A DNA stretch of 64,000 nt from Gemmatimonas sp. (GTDB lineage Bacteria > Gemmatimonadota > Gemmatimonadetes > Gemmatimonadales > Gemmatimonadaceae). The stretch spans positions 3,520,001 through 3,584,000 of the forward strand of contig OZ257156.1 of NCBI GenBank assembly GCA_965279375.1. The letters run 5' to 3'. A program made the position numbers and the translations under genes. The notes beneath the pieces were generated by a model. It did not search any database, had not been told where the DNA came from, and saw nothing but the letters and a program-made list of their open reading frames with translations. Within the stretch, counting starts at the first letter, position 1, and each line of letters starts with the position of its first letter. This document shows, piece after piece, positions 1-10,674 of this stretch.

Positions 1-2
1 GC

Positions 3-1439
3 TTCCCGACGGCCGACGCGCTGCAGCCGCACGATGCGCGTGCCCTCGCCAATCTGCTCCGCGCCGACGAGTACGTGACCGGCTCGGCGACGAAGACGGC
101 GACGGGTTACAAGGTCGAGGGCGCCCTGGTGCTGGCCCGAGACAATGCGCTGGTGCAGCCGCTCGGCAGCTATGACGCCGCCAAGGTGGACCAGGCGGCC
201 GGCATGGTGTCCAAGGAACTCAAGGAAGCGCGCAAGCAGCTCGAGTTCGAAAAGAAGTGCATCAACGCGGCGCGCGATAACAAGTTCGATGCAGCCATCG
301 GTTTCGCCAAGGAAGGCATCACGGCGTACCCGAAGGCGACGCTGGCGCGCATTTGCCTCGCGAACGTGCTGGTGTCGCAGAAGGCGTCCAATGACGAGCA
401 GCTCAAGATCGCCCGCGAGATCGTCGCGATCGATCCGCGCAGCCGTCCGGGCCTCGCGCTGCTGGCCACCGCGTATCGCGCGGCCAACCAGCCGGACTCG
501 TCGGTACTCGCACTGACCGCGCTGCTCGCCACCGACCCGTCGAACCCGCGTCTCCAGAAGGACGTCATCGACGCCGTGGCCAGCATGGCCAACCCGGCGG
601 CCGCGCGCCCGATCATCGATTCGGCCGTTGCGCTCAACCCGGGCGACCCGGAGTTGCTTGCGCTTCGCTGGAAGATCCTCGGCGCGGTGAAGGACTACAA
701 GGCGATGTTCGTGCAGGGTGAGGAACTGGTCAAGCTCGATACCTCGCTGGCCGACACCACCTACTTCATCCGCACCACGGCGGCCTACGCTGCCGATAGC
801 CAGCAGCAGAAGTCGGCGGAGTTCGCGGCCAAGGGCTTGGTCAAGTTCCCGAACCAGCCGACGCTCACGTTCCAGCAGATCATCGCACTGCGCGCCGCCG
901 GACAGGGGCAGCAGGCACTGGAAGCACTGACCAAGGCCCTCGGCGCCAAGGTCCCCGTCGAGAACGGCGCGTTCCTCCGCCTCACGCTGCTCAAGGATCT
1001 GAACCGCAACGACGAAATCGTGCCGGCGGCACGCGACCTCGTTGTGGCGGGCGATACCAGCACGACGATCCGTCAGATGGTCGTCGGTATCGGACAGCAG
1101 CAGAGCAACGCGGCTGCCAAGAGCGGAAGCGCGGACGATTACGCGTTGGCTATCAAGACGCTGCTCTATGCCGACTCGATCTCCAAGGGGCAGACCAAGC
1201 AGCAGGCTGGCTTCCTCCTCGGCTCCACGTACGTGCGCTTCGCGCAGGTGAAGCTCCAGGCGGCGCAGGCTGGCAAGTCCTGCCCGCTCGCCAAGGAAGC
1301 GAAGGACATGATCGTCAACGCGCAGATCGAACTGCCGAAGGGCGGCCAGCTCTACGCCGACACGATGCGCCAACTCATGGGCGCGGCGATGCAGCTGGAC
1401 ACCGGCGCTGATGGGTTGATCAAGGCGTACTGCAAGTAA
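3..1439 (+). CDS. TPR-repeat (alpha-solenoid) protein, 5'-truncated by the window edge
   Basis: The frame is open from base 3 (FPTADALQPHDARALANLLRADEYV...). Repeated helical TPR-like units such as AREIVAIDPRSRPG, ALLATDPSNPRLQ and AVALNPGDPELL. Confidence 0.7.
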   Translation, partial: FPTADALQPHDARALANLLRADEYVTGSATKTATGYKVEGALVLARDNALVQPLGSYDAAKVDQAAGMVSKELKEARKQLEFEKKCINAARDNKFDAAIGFAKEGITAYPKATLARICLANVLVSQKASNDEQLKIAREIVAIDPRSRPGLALLATAYRAANQPDSSVLALTALLATDPSNPRLQKDVIDAVASMANPAAARPIIDSAVALNPGDPELLALRWKILGAVKDYKAMFVQGEELVKLDTSLADTTYFIRTTAAYAADSQQQKSAEFAAKGLVKFPNQPTLTFQQIIALRAAGQGQQALEALTKALGAKVPVENGAFLRLTLLKDLNRNDEIVPAARDLVVAGDTSTTIRQMVVGIGQQQSNAAAKSGSADDYALAIKTLLYADSISKGQTKQQAGFLLGSTYVRFAQVKLQAAQAGKSCPLAKEAKDMIVNAQIELPKGGQLYADTMRQLMGAAMQLDTGADGLIKAYCK

Positions 1440-1462
1440 CGCCAGCTCTTCTCTCGCTGGTC

Positions 1463-1498
1463 CGCGAGCCCGCCGTCGCCTGCGACGGCGGGCTCGCG
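1463..1498 (+). terminator. Probable intrinsic terminator hairpin
   Basis: Perfect 16-bp stem cgcgagcccgccgtcg / cgacggcgggctcgcg with a 4-nt loop, 23 nt after the stop. The T-tract is weak (tgcattta). Confidence 0.6.
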
Positions 1499-1610
1499 TG
1501 CATTTACCCATCGTCCGCTCTGCTTCGGTGTGTACGAGGACATCACGCGAGCGGTATCACATCCTGTTTCGCTTCGCAGTAATGCACACTCTCTCTCGAC
1601 GGAACGACGC

Positions 1611-1640
1611 TTGACGCTCCTCTGCACAACTCGATAACAT
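1611..1640 (+). promoter_or_regulatory. Sigma70-like promoter of the dcw cluster
   Basis: TTGACG (1611-1616), 18-nt spacer, TAACAT (1635-1640), just upstream of rsmH. Confidence 0.55.
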
Positions 1641-1655
1641 GCCGAGCCCAAACCC

Positions 1656-2612
1656 TTGGCTGTGAGCCCGGTCCGTTCTATCCCATCCGGGCGCGTCGGC
1701 GCCTACCACGTTCCCGTTCTCCTCGCGGAAGTCGAGGCGCTCCTCGAGCGCGCCTCGACCGTGCTCGACTGCACGCTCGGCGGCGGCGGTCACACAGCGG
1801 CCCTGCTCGAACGCGGCAGCCGCGTCACCGGCATCGACCGTGACCCGCGCGCGTTGGCGTCTGCGCGCGAGCGATTGGCCGACTACGAACGCGCCGGCCA
1901 GTTCCGCGCCATTCTCGCCAACTACTCCGCGCTCGACAGCAGCGTGTTGGCCTACAGTGAACACTTCGACGGCATCCTGCTCGATCTGGGTGTTTCGTCG
2001 CACCAGTTCGACGATCTGGCGCGCGGCTTCACCTTCCGTGAGGGCGCGCCGCTCGACATGCGCATGGGCGACGACGCGGACGTCGATGCGGGCGAGTTGC
2101 TCAACACCATTGACGAAGTGGACCTCTCTGCGTTGCTGCGCGCGTACGCCGACGAACCGCGCGCCGCACGTCTCGCTCGCGAGATCATTCGTCGCCGCGA
2201 ACGTCGTCCGTTTGCAACGGCAGATGATCTGGTGGATGCAATTCGCGCCGTGCTCGGACCGCGCAGTGGCGCGCCCGACTTTGCTCGCATCTTTCAGGCG
2301 GTGCGTATTGCGGTGAACGACGAATTGGCGGGGCTCGAGCGTGCGCTGCCCTTGCTGCGCGATCGGCTGACGCCCGGAGGTGTGTTGGCCATCATCAGCT
2401 ATCACTCGGGCGAGGATCGGTTGGTGAAGAACGCGTTTCGCGACTGGAGCGCGAGCTGCACCTGTCCGCCCAAGCAGGTCATGTGCACCTGCCGTGGCGA
2501 GCCACTCGGGGAGACCCTGACCAAGCGGCCCATCAACGCGACGGAGAGCGAGGTGGAAGTGAATCCGCGCTCGCGCAGTGCGCGCCTGCGCGCCTGGCGA
2601 CGCGTCGGCTGA
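1656..2612 (+). CDS. rsmH: 16S rRNA m4C1402 methyltransferase RsmH (MraW)
   Basis: Motifs HVPVL, DCTLGGGGH, LDLGVSSHQ, PLDMRM, ISYHSGEDRLVK, NPRSRSARLR. Start is TTG 1656 or GTG 1662. Confidence 0.97.
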   Translation: MAVSPVRSIPSGRVGAYHVPVLLAEVEALLERASTVLDCTLGGGGHTAALLERGSRVTGIDRDPRALASARERLADYERAGQFRAILANYSALDSSVLAYSEHFDGILLDLGVSSHQFDDLARGFTFREGAPLDMRMGDDADVDAGELLNTIDEVDLSALLRAYADEPRAARLAREIIRRRERRPFATADDLVDAIRAVLGPRSGAPDFARIFQAVRIAVNDELAGLERALPLLRDRLTPGGVLAIISYHSGEDRLVKNAFRDWSASCTCPPKQVMCTCRGEPLGETLTKRPINATESEVEVNPRSRSARLRAWRRVG

Positions 2613-2926
2613 TGGCTACTTCCCGTCGCAAGAGCAGTGGTCCCCTGCGTGGTCGCACGCGCGTCGCGCTCGGCCTCCTGTGCTTCATGACCGTGGCGGG
2701 CGTGGTCATCTGGCGACGGAGCGCAGGGAACGCACTCACACGACAAGCGTCTGAGCTAGAGCGTGAACTGCGCTTGATCAAGTCCGATCGATTGGTCATC
2801 GAGCGGAAGATCGACAGCGCGATGAGTCGTCAGGCGGTCGTGCCGGCCGCGGAGCGTCGACTGGGGATGCATGTTGCGCCGGACGTGCAGACGCGCGCGC
2901 TCGTGGATACGGCGGGGGCTCGTTGA
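2612..2926 (+). CDS. ftsL: Cell division protein FtsL-like
   Basis: ATG overlaps the rsmH stop (TGATG). 104 aa with a basic N-terminus, one TM helix, a coiled coil and AERRLGM. Canonical position between rsmH and ftsI. Confidence 0.75.
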   Translation: MATSRRKSSGPLRGRTRVALGLLCFMTVAGVVIWRRSAGNALTRQASELERELRLIKSDRLVIERKIDSAMSRQAVVPAAERRLGMHVAPDVQTRALVDTAGAR

Positions 2927-5082
2927 ACACGTCGCCGAGCGGAGGAATGCGTATGGGAGGCAACGCGTCGGCGCCCAAGCCGTTCGAGGAGGCGGCCACC
3001 GTTGGCTCTCCGCTGGTCAATCGTATGCGTTCGAGCATTACGCATGCGTCGCTGGTGCTCTTTGCGCTCGCGCTGCTGGCGCGGTCGGTGCAGGTGCAGC
3101 TGGTCAATCGCGGCATGTGGGCGGAGCTCGCGGCTTCGCACGTCGATCGTGCCGACGTGGCCCCGCTGCGTGGCGCCATTCTGGACGCGAACGGTGACAT
3201 CCTCGTGGAGTCGCGCGAACTGGTGAGTTTTGGCCTCGACCCGCGCGGCCTCGACTCCACCAAGCAGTACGGCGATGCGCGCATCGTGCTGCGGCGTGGG
3301 CTGACCGCGTTGGGTGTGCGTGAAAAGTTGGTGAAACAGGCGCTCGATACCACCAGAAAGTGGGTGGCGATTCCTGGACTGTACGCGCCGAGCGATGTGC
3401 GCGAGCTGGTGCAGCTGCGGGCCGTGCGATCCGAGCGTGTGCTCAAGCGGTTTGTGCGCGCGCCGATCGGCATTCAGCGAATCGTCGGTACCGTGAGCAG
3501 CGAGCAGAAACCGCAAGGCGGTCTCGAGCTCGAGGCAGATTCGTTGTTGCGCGGCGTCAGCGGTCGGGACGAGTTCGTGCTCGATCGTCGCGGACGTCGC
3601 ATCGTGTCGCCCGCCCTCGAACGCGTGTCGGCGCAGCCCGGGCACACGATCACGCTGACGCTCAACAGCACGCTGCAGCAGATCGCCGAACGTCAGCTCA
3701 AGCTCGCGATGGACAGCACCGGCGCGAGTGGCGGCGACGTGGTGATCATGAACCCGCAGGATGGGTCGGTGCTCGCGCTGGCTGGTGCGCGCGACGGCAA
3801 GCCGTCGGCGAATGCCACGGCGCTGACCGAGCCGTACGAGCCCGGGTCGGTGATGAAGCCGTTTCTAGTGGCGCGCCTGATCGATCGGAAGCTCACCACG
3901 CCCGACGAAGTGGTGAACACGGAAGGTGGCACCTGGCAGGTGGACAAGCGCGTCATCACCGACGAGCACAAGGCCGCGACGATGGCGGTTCGCGATGTCA
4001 TTCGGCTGTCGAGCAACATCGGCGTGGCCAAGCTGTCGGAGCGACTGTCACCGCGTGAGGAGTACGAGGAGCTGCGTGACTTCGGCTTTGGCACCTACAC
4101 GGGCGTGCCGTATCCGGCGGAGTCGCGCGGGCGCTTGCCCCGTCCGCTCAAGTCCGATGGATGGACCGCGCAGACGCGCGCGCAGTTGGCGATGGGATAC
4201 CAGATCACGGCCACCGCGATGCAGATCGCTGCGGCCTACTCGACATTCGCCAATGGCGGCGAGCTGCTGCAGCCGGCGCTGATCGGCGAAATCAAGGATG
4301 CGAATGGCGCCGTCGTGTTTCGTCACAAGCGGCGCGTGCTGCGTCGTGTGATGAGCGAGCAGACGGCGAACACGATGCGCACGATGCTCATGTCGGTGGT
4401 GGACAGCGGTACGGCCGTTGCCGCCGGGCTCGAGACGTATGACGTGGCCGGCAAGAGCGGCACGGCGCGACGTGTGGTCGGACGGCGCTACGGAGCCGGC
4501 ACCTACAGCGCGACTTTCGCGGCCATGTTTCCCGCGCAGGCGCCGCAGTACGTGATCGTGGCCAAGCTGATCGATCCGCAGGGCCGCAAGATCTTCGGTG
4601 GCGTGGTCTCCGGCGCGATGGTGCATGGCATTCTGCAGGACGCGCAGTCCACGCGCGACAATTCGCTCAATCGCCAGGAGCTGGCCAAGTACGCGAAGCC
4701 GCTCCCGATCCCCGTCGTGAAGCCGCGGTCTCCGCAGGCGATCGCGCAGGCGGCCAAGGATTCGGCGCGACTCGACTCGCTGCGCGCGCCTGCGCCGGCA
4801 CCCGCGCTGCCGCTTGCCGTCGCGGGACGCATCGTGGTGGATCTGCCGTACAAGGCGCCAACCGCCGCACAGCGCAGCGCAGATAGCGTGCGCGCACTCG
4901 CCGCGGTGCCAGCGCAGCCGGTACCCTCGGTCTTTGGCCTCAACGTTCGTCAGGCGGTACGCACGTTGTCCGCGGCCGGCTTTCAGGTTCGAATCGCCAA
5001 GGGGCCGGTTGGTCAGACTCTCCCCGCTGCGGGCGCGAGTGCGCGCGCGGGCAGCACCGTTCTCCTGTACGCAGATCCTTGA
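2923..5082 (+). CDS. ftsI: Class B penicillin-binding protein FtsI/PBP3 with C-terminal PASTA-like domain
   Basis: RGAILD dimerisation motif, EPGSVMK (SxxK), SSN and AGKSGTA. The C-terminal VPSVFGLNVRQAVRTLSAAGF is PASTA-like. Start uncertain (TTG 2923 or a downstream ATG). Confidence 0.93.
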   Translation: MNTSPSGGMRMGGNASAPKPFEEAATVGSPLVNRMRSSITHASLVLFALALLARSVQVQLVNRGMWAELAASHVDRADVAPLRGAILDANGDILVESRELVSFGLDPRGLDSTKQYGDARIVLRRGLTALGVREKLVKQALDTTRKWVAIPGLYAPSDVRELVQLRAVRSERVLKRFVRAPIGIQRIVGTVSSEQKPQGGLELEADSLLRGVSGRDEFVLDRRGRRIVSPALERVSAQPGHTITLTLNSTLQQIAERQLKLAMDSTGASGGDVVIMNPQDGSVLALAGARDGKPSANATALTEPYEPGSVMKPFLVARLIDRKLTTPDEVVNTEGGTWQVDKRVITDEHKAATMAVRDVIRLSSNIGVAKLSERLSPREEYEELRDFGFGTYTGVPYPAESRGRLPRPLKSDGWTAQTRAQLAMGYQITATAMQIAAAYSTFANGGELLQPALIGEIKDANGAVVFRHKRRVLRRVMSEQTANTMRTMLMSVVDSGTAVAAGLETYDVAGKSGTARRVVGRRYGAGTYSATFAAMFPAQAPQYVIVAKLIDPQGRKIFGGVVSGAMVHGILQDAQSTRDNSLNRQELAKYAKPLPIPVVKPRSPQAIAQAAKDSARLDSLRAPAPAPALPLAVAGRIVVDLPYKAPTAAQRSADSVRALAAVPAQPVPSVFGLNVRQAVRTLSAAGFQVRIAKGPVGQTLPAAGASARAGSTVLLYADP

Positions 5083-6638
5083 TGACATCCGCGGATGCTT
5101 CGACGTCGGCGCCGCGTCCGGTCGCCGAGATTGTAGATGCGTTGCGAGACGCAGGGCTGCTGGTCTCGGCGAGCGACGGACTGCCGGAGACCATTTTGGA
5201 CATCGCCGACGACAGTCGCCGCGTGGTATCGGGTGGTGCGTTCGTCGCCGTGCGTGGTCATGCGCAGGACGGACACGATTGGTTGGAGAAAGCCGCGGCA
5301 TCCGGTGCGATCTGTGCGTTGGTCGAAGACGCCGGGCGCACGTCGCTGCCGTGTATCGTGGTGCGCGATGGACGACGTGCGGCGGCAGTTGCGGCGGCGG
5401 CGTTCCATCGGTGGCCGGCGCGCGAGCTCTCGATCCTTGGCGTCACCGGCACCAACGGTAAGACCACCACGGTGGGGCTGTTGCGTCATCTCTGCCATCG
5501 CGAGGATCGACCGGCGGCATCGATCGGGACGTTGGGCGTCCTGCTCGGCAGCGAGGGTGAACCGTTCCCGGGCGGCGGCGGACTAACGACGCCGGGGCCG
5601 GTGGAGCTGCAGCGGCTGTTGCGCGCGCTCGTCGATCGCGGCGTGCGCACGGTGGCGATGGAGGTCTCGTCGCACTCGCTGGATCAGCGACGCGTGGATG
5701 GTCTCGCGTTCGACGTAGCGGTGTTCACGAACCTCACGCGCGATCACCTGGACTACCACGGCACGATGGACGCCTACCGGAGCGCGAAGCTGCGACTGGT
5801 GGGGCTTCTGTCTCGCGAGGGCACGGCGCTCTTCAACGCGGACGACAGCGCGTGGCGCGGAGCACCGACGGCGCCGCGCACGCTGAGCTTTGGGGTGGAC
5901 AGTCCAGCCGACGTGATGGCGCGCGACGTCGTCTTCTCGCCGCAGGGAAGCCGGTTCCTGCTGGTGGCGCCCACCGGCGCGCTCCCGGTGGACTTACCGC
6001 TCATCGGCGACTTCAACGTGGCCAACGCTCTCGGCGCCGCTGCCGCCGCGTTGGCGCTCGGTGTTCCGCTTGCTGAAGTCGCTGAGCGGCTGTCGTCGGC
6101 GCCGCAGGTGCCGGGGCGACTGGAGCGATTGCACACCCTGCCGACCGTGCTGCGCGACTACGCGCACACGCCAGACGCGCTCGATCGCGCGCTGCGGGCG
6201 GTGCGTCCATTCACGGTTGTGAGCTCCATCGATCGAGCGTCGTCTACGGTAGGTCGTCTGATCGTGCTGTTTGGCTGCGGTGGTGATCGGGATCGTGGCA
6301 AACGTCCGGAGATGGGACGCATCGCTGAATCGCTTGCCGATGTGGTCATCGTCACCAGCGATAACCCGCGCACGGAAGATCCGGAGCGCATCCTCGACGA
6401 CATTGAAGCGGGCATGCAGCGCGACGAGCACGCGCGGTTTGTCGATCGGCGAGAGGCCATCGCGCACGCGATCTCCATCGCGCGGCAGCACGACGTCGTG
6501 CTCCTCGCCGGCAAGGGACACGAGACATACCAGATTCGTGGCACCACCTCGTTTCCGTTCGATGAGCGCGAGATCGTGGACGACATCTTTGCGGAGCTCG
6601 ACTCCGCAACATTTGAAAGTTTTCGGGTGACGCGATAA
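5082..6638 (+). CDS. murE: UDP-MurNAc-tripeptide synthetase (meso-DAP adding)
   Basis: GVTGTNGKTT, MEVSSH, TNLTRDHLDYH, DYAHTPDA, TSDNPR (DNPR is the DAP-type motif) and AGKGHE. Confidence 0.97.
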   Translation: MTSADASTSAPRPVAEIVDALRDAGLLVSASDGLPETILDIADDSRRVVSGGAFVAVRGHAQDGHDWLEKAAASGAICALVEDAGRTSLPCIVVRDGRRAAAVAAAAFHRWPARELSILGVTGTNGKTTTVGLLRHLCHREDRPAASIGTLGVLLGSEGEPFPGGGGLTTPGPVELQRLLRALVDRGVRTVAMEVSSHSLDQRRVDGLAFDVAVFTNLTRDHLDYHGTMDAYRSAKLRLVGLLSREGTALFNADDSAWRGAPTAPRTLSFGVDSPADVMARDVVFSPQGSRFLLVAPTGALPVDLPLIGDFNVANALGAAAAALALGVPLAEVAERLSSAPQVPGRLERLHTLPTVLRDYAHTPDALDRALRAVRPFTVVSSIDRASSTVGRLIVLFGCGGDRDRGKRPEMGRIAESLADVVIVTSDNPRTEDPERILDDIEAGMQRDEHARFVDRREAIAHAISIARQHDVVLLAGKGHETYQIRGTTSFPFDEREIVDDIFAELDSATFESFRVTR

Positions 6639-8074
6639 TGGTCTTCACAACGGCGGGGACCGCGGTGCAAGCCGTGCGTCCGGTGCTGCCCGATGTTCCG
6701 CATCCGTACTGGACACTCGAACGCGTTGCGCGCGCCCTGGGCACCGGGCCAAAGTCGCTGACGCCGTTGGGCGGCGTGTCCACCGACACGCGCACGATCC
6801 GCAAAGGCGACCTGTTCGTCGCGCTGCGCGGTGAGCAGTACGACGCGCACCAGTTTCTCGATCGGGCGCGCGATGCGGGCGCTGCCGCGCTCGTTGTGGA
6901 CGATGCAACGGCCGCCGTGGGGCTCGGGCTGCCGGTGTACGTGGTGCCAGATACGCTGGTGGCGCTCGGTCAACTCGCCACCGCGTGGCGACGGGCGTGG
7001 GGACGCAGCGTGATTGCGGTGGCGGGCTCCAATGGCAAGACGAGCACGAAGGAGCTGCTCAAGGCTGCACTCGGGCGCACACTGGTCGTGCACGCGACCG
7101 CGGGCAATCTGAACAACCTGATCGGCGTGCCGCTGACGCTGCTCGCGATGCCATCAGAGACGGAAGTTGCGGTCATCGAGGTCGGTACGAATACGCCGGG
7201 CGAGATCGCGACGCTGCGTGCGATCGTCGAACCTGATGTCGCGCTGCTGACCTCGATCGGGGAAGAGCATCTCGAAGGGCTGGGCGATCTGGCAGGCGTG
7301 CTTCGCGAGGAGAGCGAGGTCTTTCATGGAGCAGCGCTGGCCATCGTGCCATCGGTGCATCCTGAAGTGGCCGCGATCGCTGCGACGCGCGCTCGCGCGG
7401 TGGTACGCGCCGGGTTGGCCAACACGCCAGACGGTCCGGCAGACGTCACCCCCACCGCGTGGGGGCTCGATGCGGAAGGACGCGCCTGGCTCGAGGTGGA
7501 CGGCACGCGAATCGTGCTGCCGCTTCGTGGTGCGCATCAGGCGGCGAACGCGATGCTGGCGGTCGCGGCGGCGCGGGCGTGTGGGGTGCCGCTCGCTGAC
7601 GCAGCGCTCGGGATGGCGGCGATGCCCGTGCCGAGCATGCGGGGCGTGTGGGAGAACATCGGTGAGGCCGTGCTGATCAATGACGCGTACAACGCCAATC
7701 CGGCGTCGATGCGCGCGGCGATTGCGTTGTTGGCGGGCGTCGGCGCCGGTCGGCAGCGCGTGGCCATTTTGGGCAGCATGCGGGAGCTGGGCGAACAGGC
7801 CGATACGCAGCATCGCGAAGTCGCGCGCGTTGCGCTGGCGTCGCCGGCGGAGCTGTTGGTGGGCGTAGGGGCGTTCGTGGCGGCGTTCGAAGCGGAGGCG
7901 ACCGCAGCGGATCGCGCGCCCAACGCGCGTGTCGTCCTGGCGTCGGAGTTGGATACACTCTGGCCAATCCTCGAGCCGCGCTTGGCGCGCAACGCGGTTA
8001 TCCTGCTCAAAGCGTCGCGGGGCATGCGCCTTGAACGCCTCGTTCCCACTCTTACTTCTTGGGCGTCCGCCTAG
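6638..8074 (+). CDS. murF: UDP-MurNAc-tripeptide--D-Ala-D-Ala ligase
   Basis: AGSNGKTSTKE, GNLNNLIGVPLT, INDAYNANPASM, LLKASRGM. Confidence 0.97.
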   Translation: MVFTTAGTAVQAVRPVLPDVPHPYWTLERVARALGTGPKSLTPLGGVSTDTRTIRKGDLFVALRGEQYDAHQFLDRARDAGAAALVVDDATAAVGLGLPVYVVPDTLVALGQLATAWRRAWGRSVIAVAGSNGKTSTKELLKAALGRTLVVHATAGNLNNLIGVPLTLLAMPSETEVAVIEVGTNTPGEIATLRAIVEPDVALLTSIGEEHLEGLGDLAGVLREESEVFHGAALAIVPSVHPEVAAIAATRARAVVRAGLANTPDGPADVTPTAWGLDAEGRAWLEVDGTRIVLPLRGAHQAANAMLAVAAARACGVPLADAALGMAAMPVPSMRGVWENIGEAVLINDAYNANPASMRAAIALLAGVGAGRQRVAILGSMRELGEQADTQHREVARVALASPAELLVGVGAFVAAFEAEATAADRAPNARVVLASELDTLWPILEPRLARNAVILLKASRGMRLERLVPTLTSWASA

Positions 8075-9216
8075 TGCTCTACGCGCTGCTGCAACCGTTC
8101 GCGCGCGATCTGCGTCTGCTGAACCTGCTCAACTACATCACCTTCCGATCGGCGGCGGCGTTCGTCACCGCGCTGGTGATGTCGTTCGTCTTCGGCCCGA
8201 TGATCATTCGACGCCTGCGGCGCATGTCGGTGCATCAGGTGGTGCGCGAGGGAACCCCCGACACGCACGCCGGCAAGGGCACCACGCCAACGATGGGTGG
8301 CGTGATTATTCTGGTGGCATCGATGGTGCCCGTGCTGTTGTGGGCGCGGTTGACCAATCAGTACGTGCTGTTGGCGGTGGCGGTCACCTTGTGGATGGGC
8401 GCGATCGGTTTTCTCGACGACTATCTCAAGCTCAAGCAGAAGCGCGAAGGGAAGAAGAACGAAGGACTCGTGGAGCGATACAAGCTGGCGGGGCAGGTGA
8501 CCTGCGGCGTCGGGCTCGGACTCATCCTGTGGCTCTCGCCGATTTCCACGTTGCCGGGCGCGTCCACCACGCTGCCGTTCTTCAAGTACGTGCTGGTGGT
8601 TCCGGTGACGGCGTCGCTGGCATGGCTCTATGTGCCCTGGGTGACGTTCATTCTCACGGGCTACAGCAACGCAGTGAACCTCACCGATGGGCTCGACGGA
8701 CTCTCGGCGGGGCTGGTCGCGATCGCGGTGCTCACGCTTGGCCTGTTCGCGTATCTCATTGGACGCGTGGATACGAGCGCGTACCTGCAACTGTTCTATC
8801 TGCGTGGCGCCGGCGAGTTGACGGTCTTCTGTGCGGCCGTCGTCGGGGCGTGTATCGGATTCCTTTGGTTCAACGCGCATCCGGCGCAGGTCTTCATGGG
8901 CGACACGGGATCGCTGGCGCTAGGCGGGGCCGTCGGCGCGATTGCCATTTTGCTCAAGAGCGAGTTCCTGCTGCTGATCGTGGGGTTCGTGTTCGTCGCG
9001 GAAACGATTTCGGTGATCCTGCAGCGCGGCGTCTTCAAGTACCGGCGCAAGCGCTTCGGGTTGGAGTACGCGCAACAGCATCGCGTATTCAAACGCGCGC
9101 CGTTGCATCATCACTTCGAGCTCTCGGGATGGCCCGAGACGCAGGTGGTTGTGCGATTCTGGATCGTTGGCGTTCTCTGCGCGATTCTGGCGCTGAGCAC
9201 GCTCAAACTGCGCTAG
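8074..9216 (+). CDS. mraY: Phospho-MurNAc-pentapeptide transferase
   Basis: TPTMGG, GFLDDYLK, NAVNLTDGLDGL, FMGDTGS, APLHHHFE; polytopic membrane protein. The GTG start overlaps the murF TAG. Confidence 0.98.
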   Translation: MLYALLQPFARDLRLLNLLNYITFRSAAAFVTALVMSFVFGPMIIRRLRRMSVHQVVREGTPDTHAGKGTTPTMGGVIILVASMVPVLLWARLTNQYVLLAVAVTLWMGAIGFLDDYLKLKQKREGKKNEGLVERYKLAGQVTCGVGLGLILWLSPISTLPGASTTLPFFKYVLVVPVTASLAWLYVPWVTFILTGYSNAVNLTDGLDGLSAGLVAIAVLTLGLFAYLIGRVDTSAYLQLFYLRGAGELTVFCAAVVGACIGFLWFNAHPAQVFMGDTGSLALGGAVGAIAILLKSEFLLLIVGFVFVAETISVILQRGVFKYRRKRFGLEYAQQHRVFKRAPLHHHFELSGWPETQVVVRFWIVGVLCAILALSTLKLR

Positions 9217-10674
9217 TTGGCGCCGAGCATCGCGGAGCCTTTCATGGGAGATGCACGTCTGCCGCAGGATTTGGCATCGGTGGTGGCACGCGCGCTTGCT
9301 GAGCGGCGCGGCGAGTTTGCCGTGATCGGACTCGGACGCAGTGGCCGTGCGGCCACGCGTCTGCTGCGCGCCGCTGGCGTGGCGGTGTACGCATCCGACG
9401 CGGGCGCGTCGGCGGCGTCGGTTGGCGCCGCCCAGGAACTCGAGACCACGGGCGCGTCGGTGCAGACCGGCGGTCACGATCTCGCGCGCATCGCCAAGGC
9501 GTCGGTCGTGGTGGTGAGCCCCGGCGTGCCGCCGGATGCGCCGCCGCTGCGCGCCGCGCGTGACGCGCACGTCCCGATCGTCAGCGAAGTGGAGGTCGCC
9601 TTGCGTCTGCAGCCCGGGCTCCGCTACATCGCGACCACGGGCACCAACGGCAAGACGACGACCACCGCACTGATCGGGCATCTGCTGCGCGCACTCGGTC
9701 ACGAGGCGGCGGATGTGGGCAACATCGGTACGCCGGTGTCGGAGTTGGCGCTGCAAAAGGTGCCGCCGGCGTGGGCATCGCTCGAGATGTCGTCCTTCCA
9801 GCTGCACGACACGCCGGGGATCTATCCCGATGTCGGAGTGCTCACCACGCTCAGCGCCGATCATCTCGATCGCTACGAGAGCGTGGCGGAGTACTATGCG
9901 GACAAGCGCCGCATCTTTCAGAATGCAACCGTGGTGTCCCAGTGGGTGGTGACGGCGGACAACGCGGACGTGGATGCGATGATGCCCGGCGTGCTGGGAC
10001 ACGTGTATCGCTTCTCCACGCAGCGCACCGATGTTCAGGCGTACTTCGATCGTGCCGATCAGATGCTGCATGTGCTCGGTGCGCCACTCGTCGCACGGAG
10101 CGCGCTCGCGCTCGCGGGCGATCACAACGTGGCCAATGCGCTTGCTGCGCTGCTGGCGGTGATGGTGGCCGACCCTGTGCACGCGACGCACTCCGCGCGC
10201 GCGGCGCTGGCGGCCGCGATCTCCACCTTTCGTGCGCTGCCGCATCGGCTGGAGCCGGTCGGCGACAACGATGGTATCCTCTGGCTCAACGACTCGAAGG
10301 CCACCAACGTGGCGTCCACGCAGGTCGCGATCGCCGGCATGACGCGCCCGACGGTGCTGCTGCTCGGCGGACGCCATAAGGGCGAGCCGTACACGTCGCT
10401 GATTCCCGAGATCACGCGCACCGGACGCGCGGTATTGGCGTACGGCGAGGCAGCGCCACTCATCGCACGGGACCTGGCGACGTCGCTGGAGGGGCAAGTG
10501 CCGTTTGAGGCGATGCCGGGTGCCACGTTCGATGCGGTGCTCACCCGAGCTCGCGCGCTCGCGCAGTCGGGCGATGTGATCCTGCTGTCGCCGGCCTGTT
10601 CGAGCTACGACATGTTCGCCAACTACGAGGAGCGCGGTCGCGCCTTCGCGCAGCGCGCGCAGGGTCGGTCGTGA
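9217..10674 (+). CDS. murD: UDP-MurNAc-L-Ala--D-glutamate ligase
   Basis: GLGRSG, VVSPGVP, TGTNGKTTT, EMSSFQL, NDSKATN, LLSPACSSYD. Start is TTG 9217 or ATG 9244. Confidence 0.97.
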   Translation: MAPSIAEPFMGDARLPQDLASVVARALAERRGEFAVIGLGRSGRAATRLLRAAGVAVYASDAGASAASVGAAQELETTGASVQTGGHDLARIAKASVVVVSPGVPPDAPPLRAARDAHVPIVSEVEVALRLQPGLRYIATTGTNGKTTTTALIGHLLRALGHEAADVGNIGTPVSELALQKVPPAWASLEMSSFQLHDTPGIYPDVGVLTTLSADHLDRYESVAEYYADKRRIFQNATVVSQWVVTADNADVDAMMPGVLGHVYRFSTQRTDVQAYFDRADQMLHVLGAPLVARSALALAGDHNVANALAALLAVMVADPVHATHSARAALAAAISTFRALPHRLEPVGDNDGILWLNDSKATNVASTQVAIAGMTRPTVLLLGGRHKGEPYTSLIPEITRTGRAVLAYGEAAPLIARDLATSLEGQVPFEAMPGATFDAVLTRARALAQSGDVILLSPACSSYDMFANYEERGRAFAQRAQGRS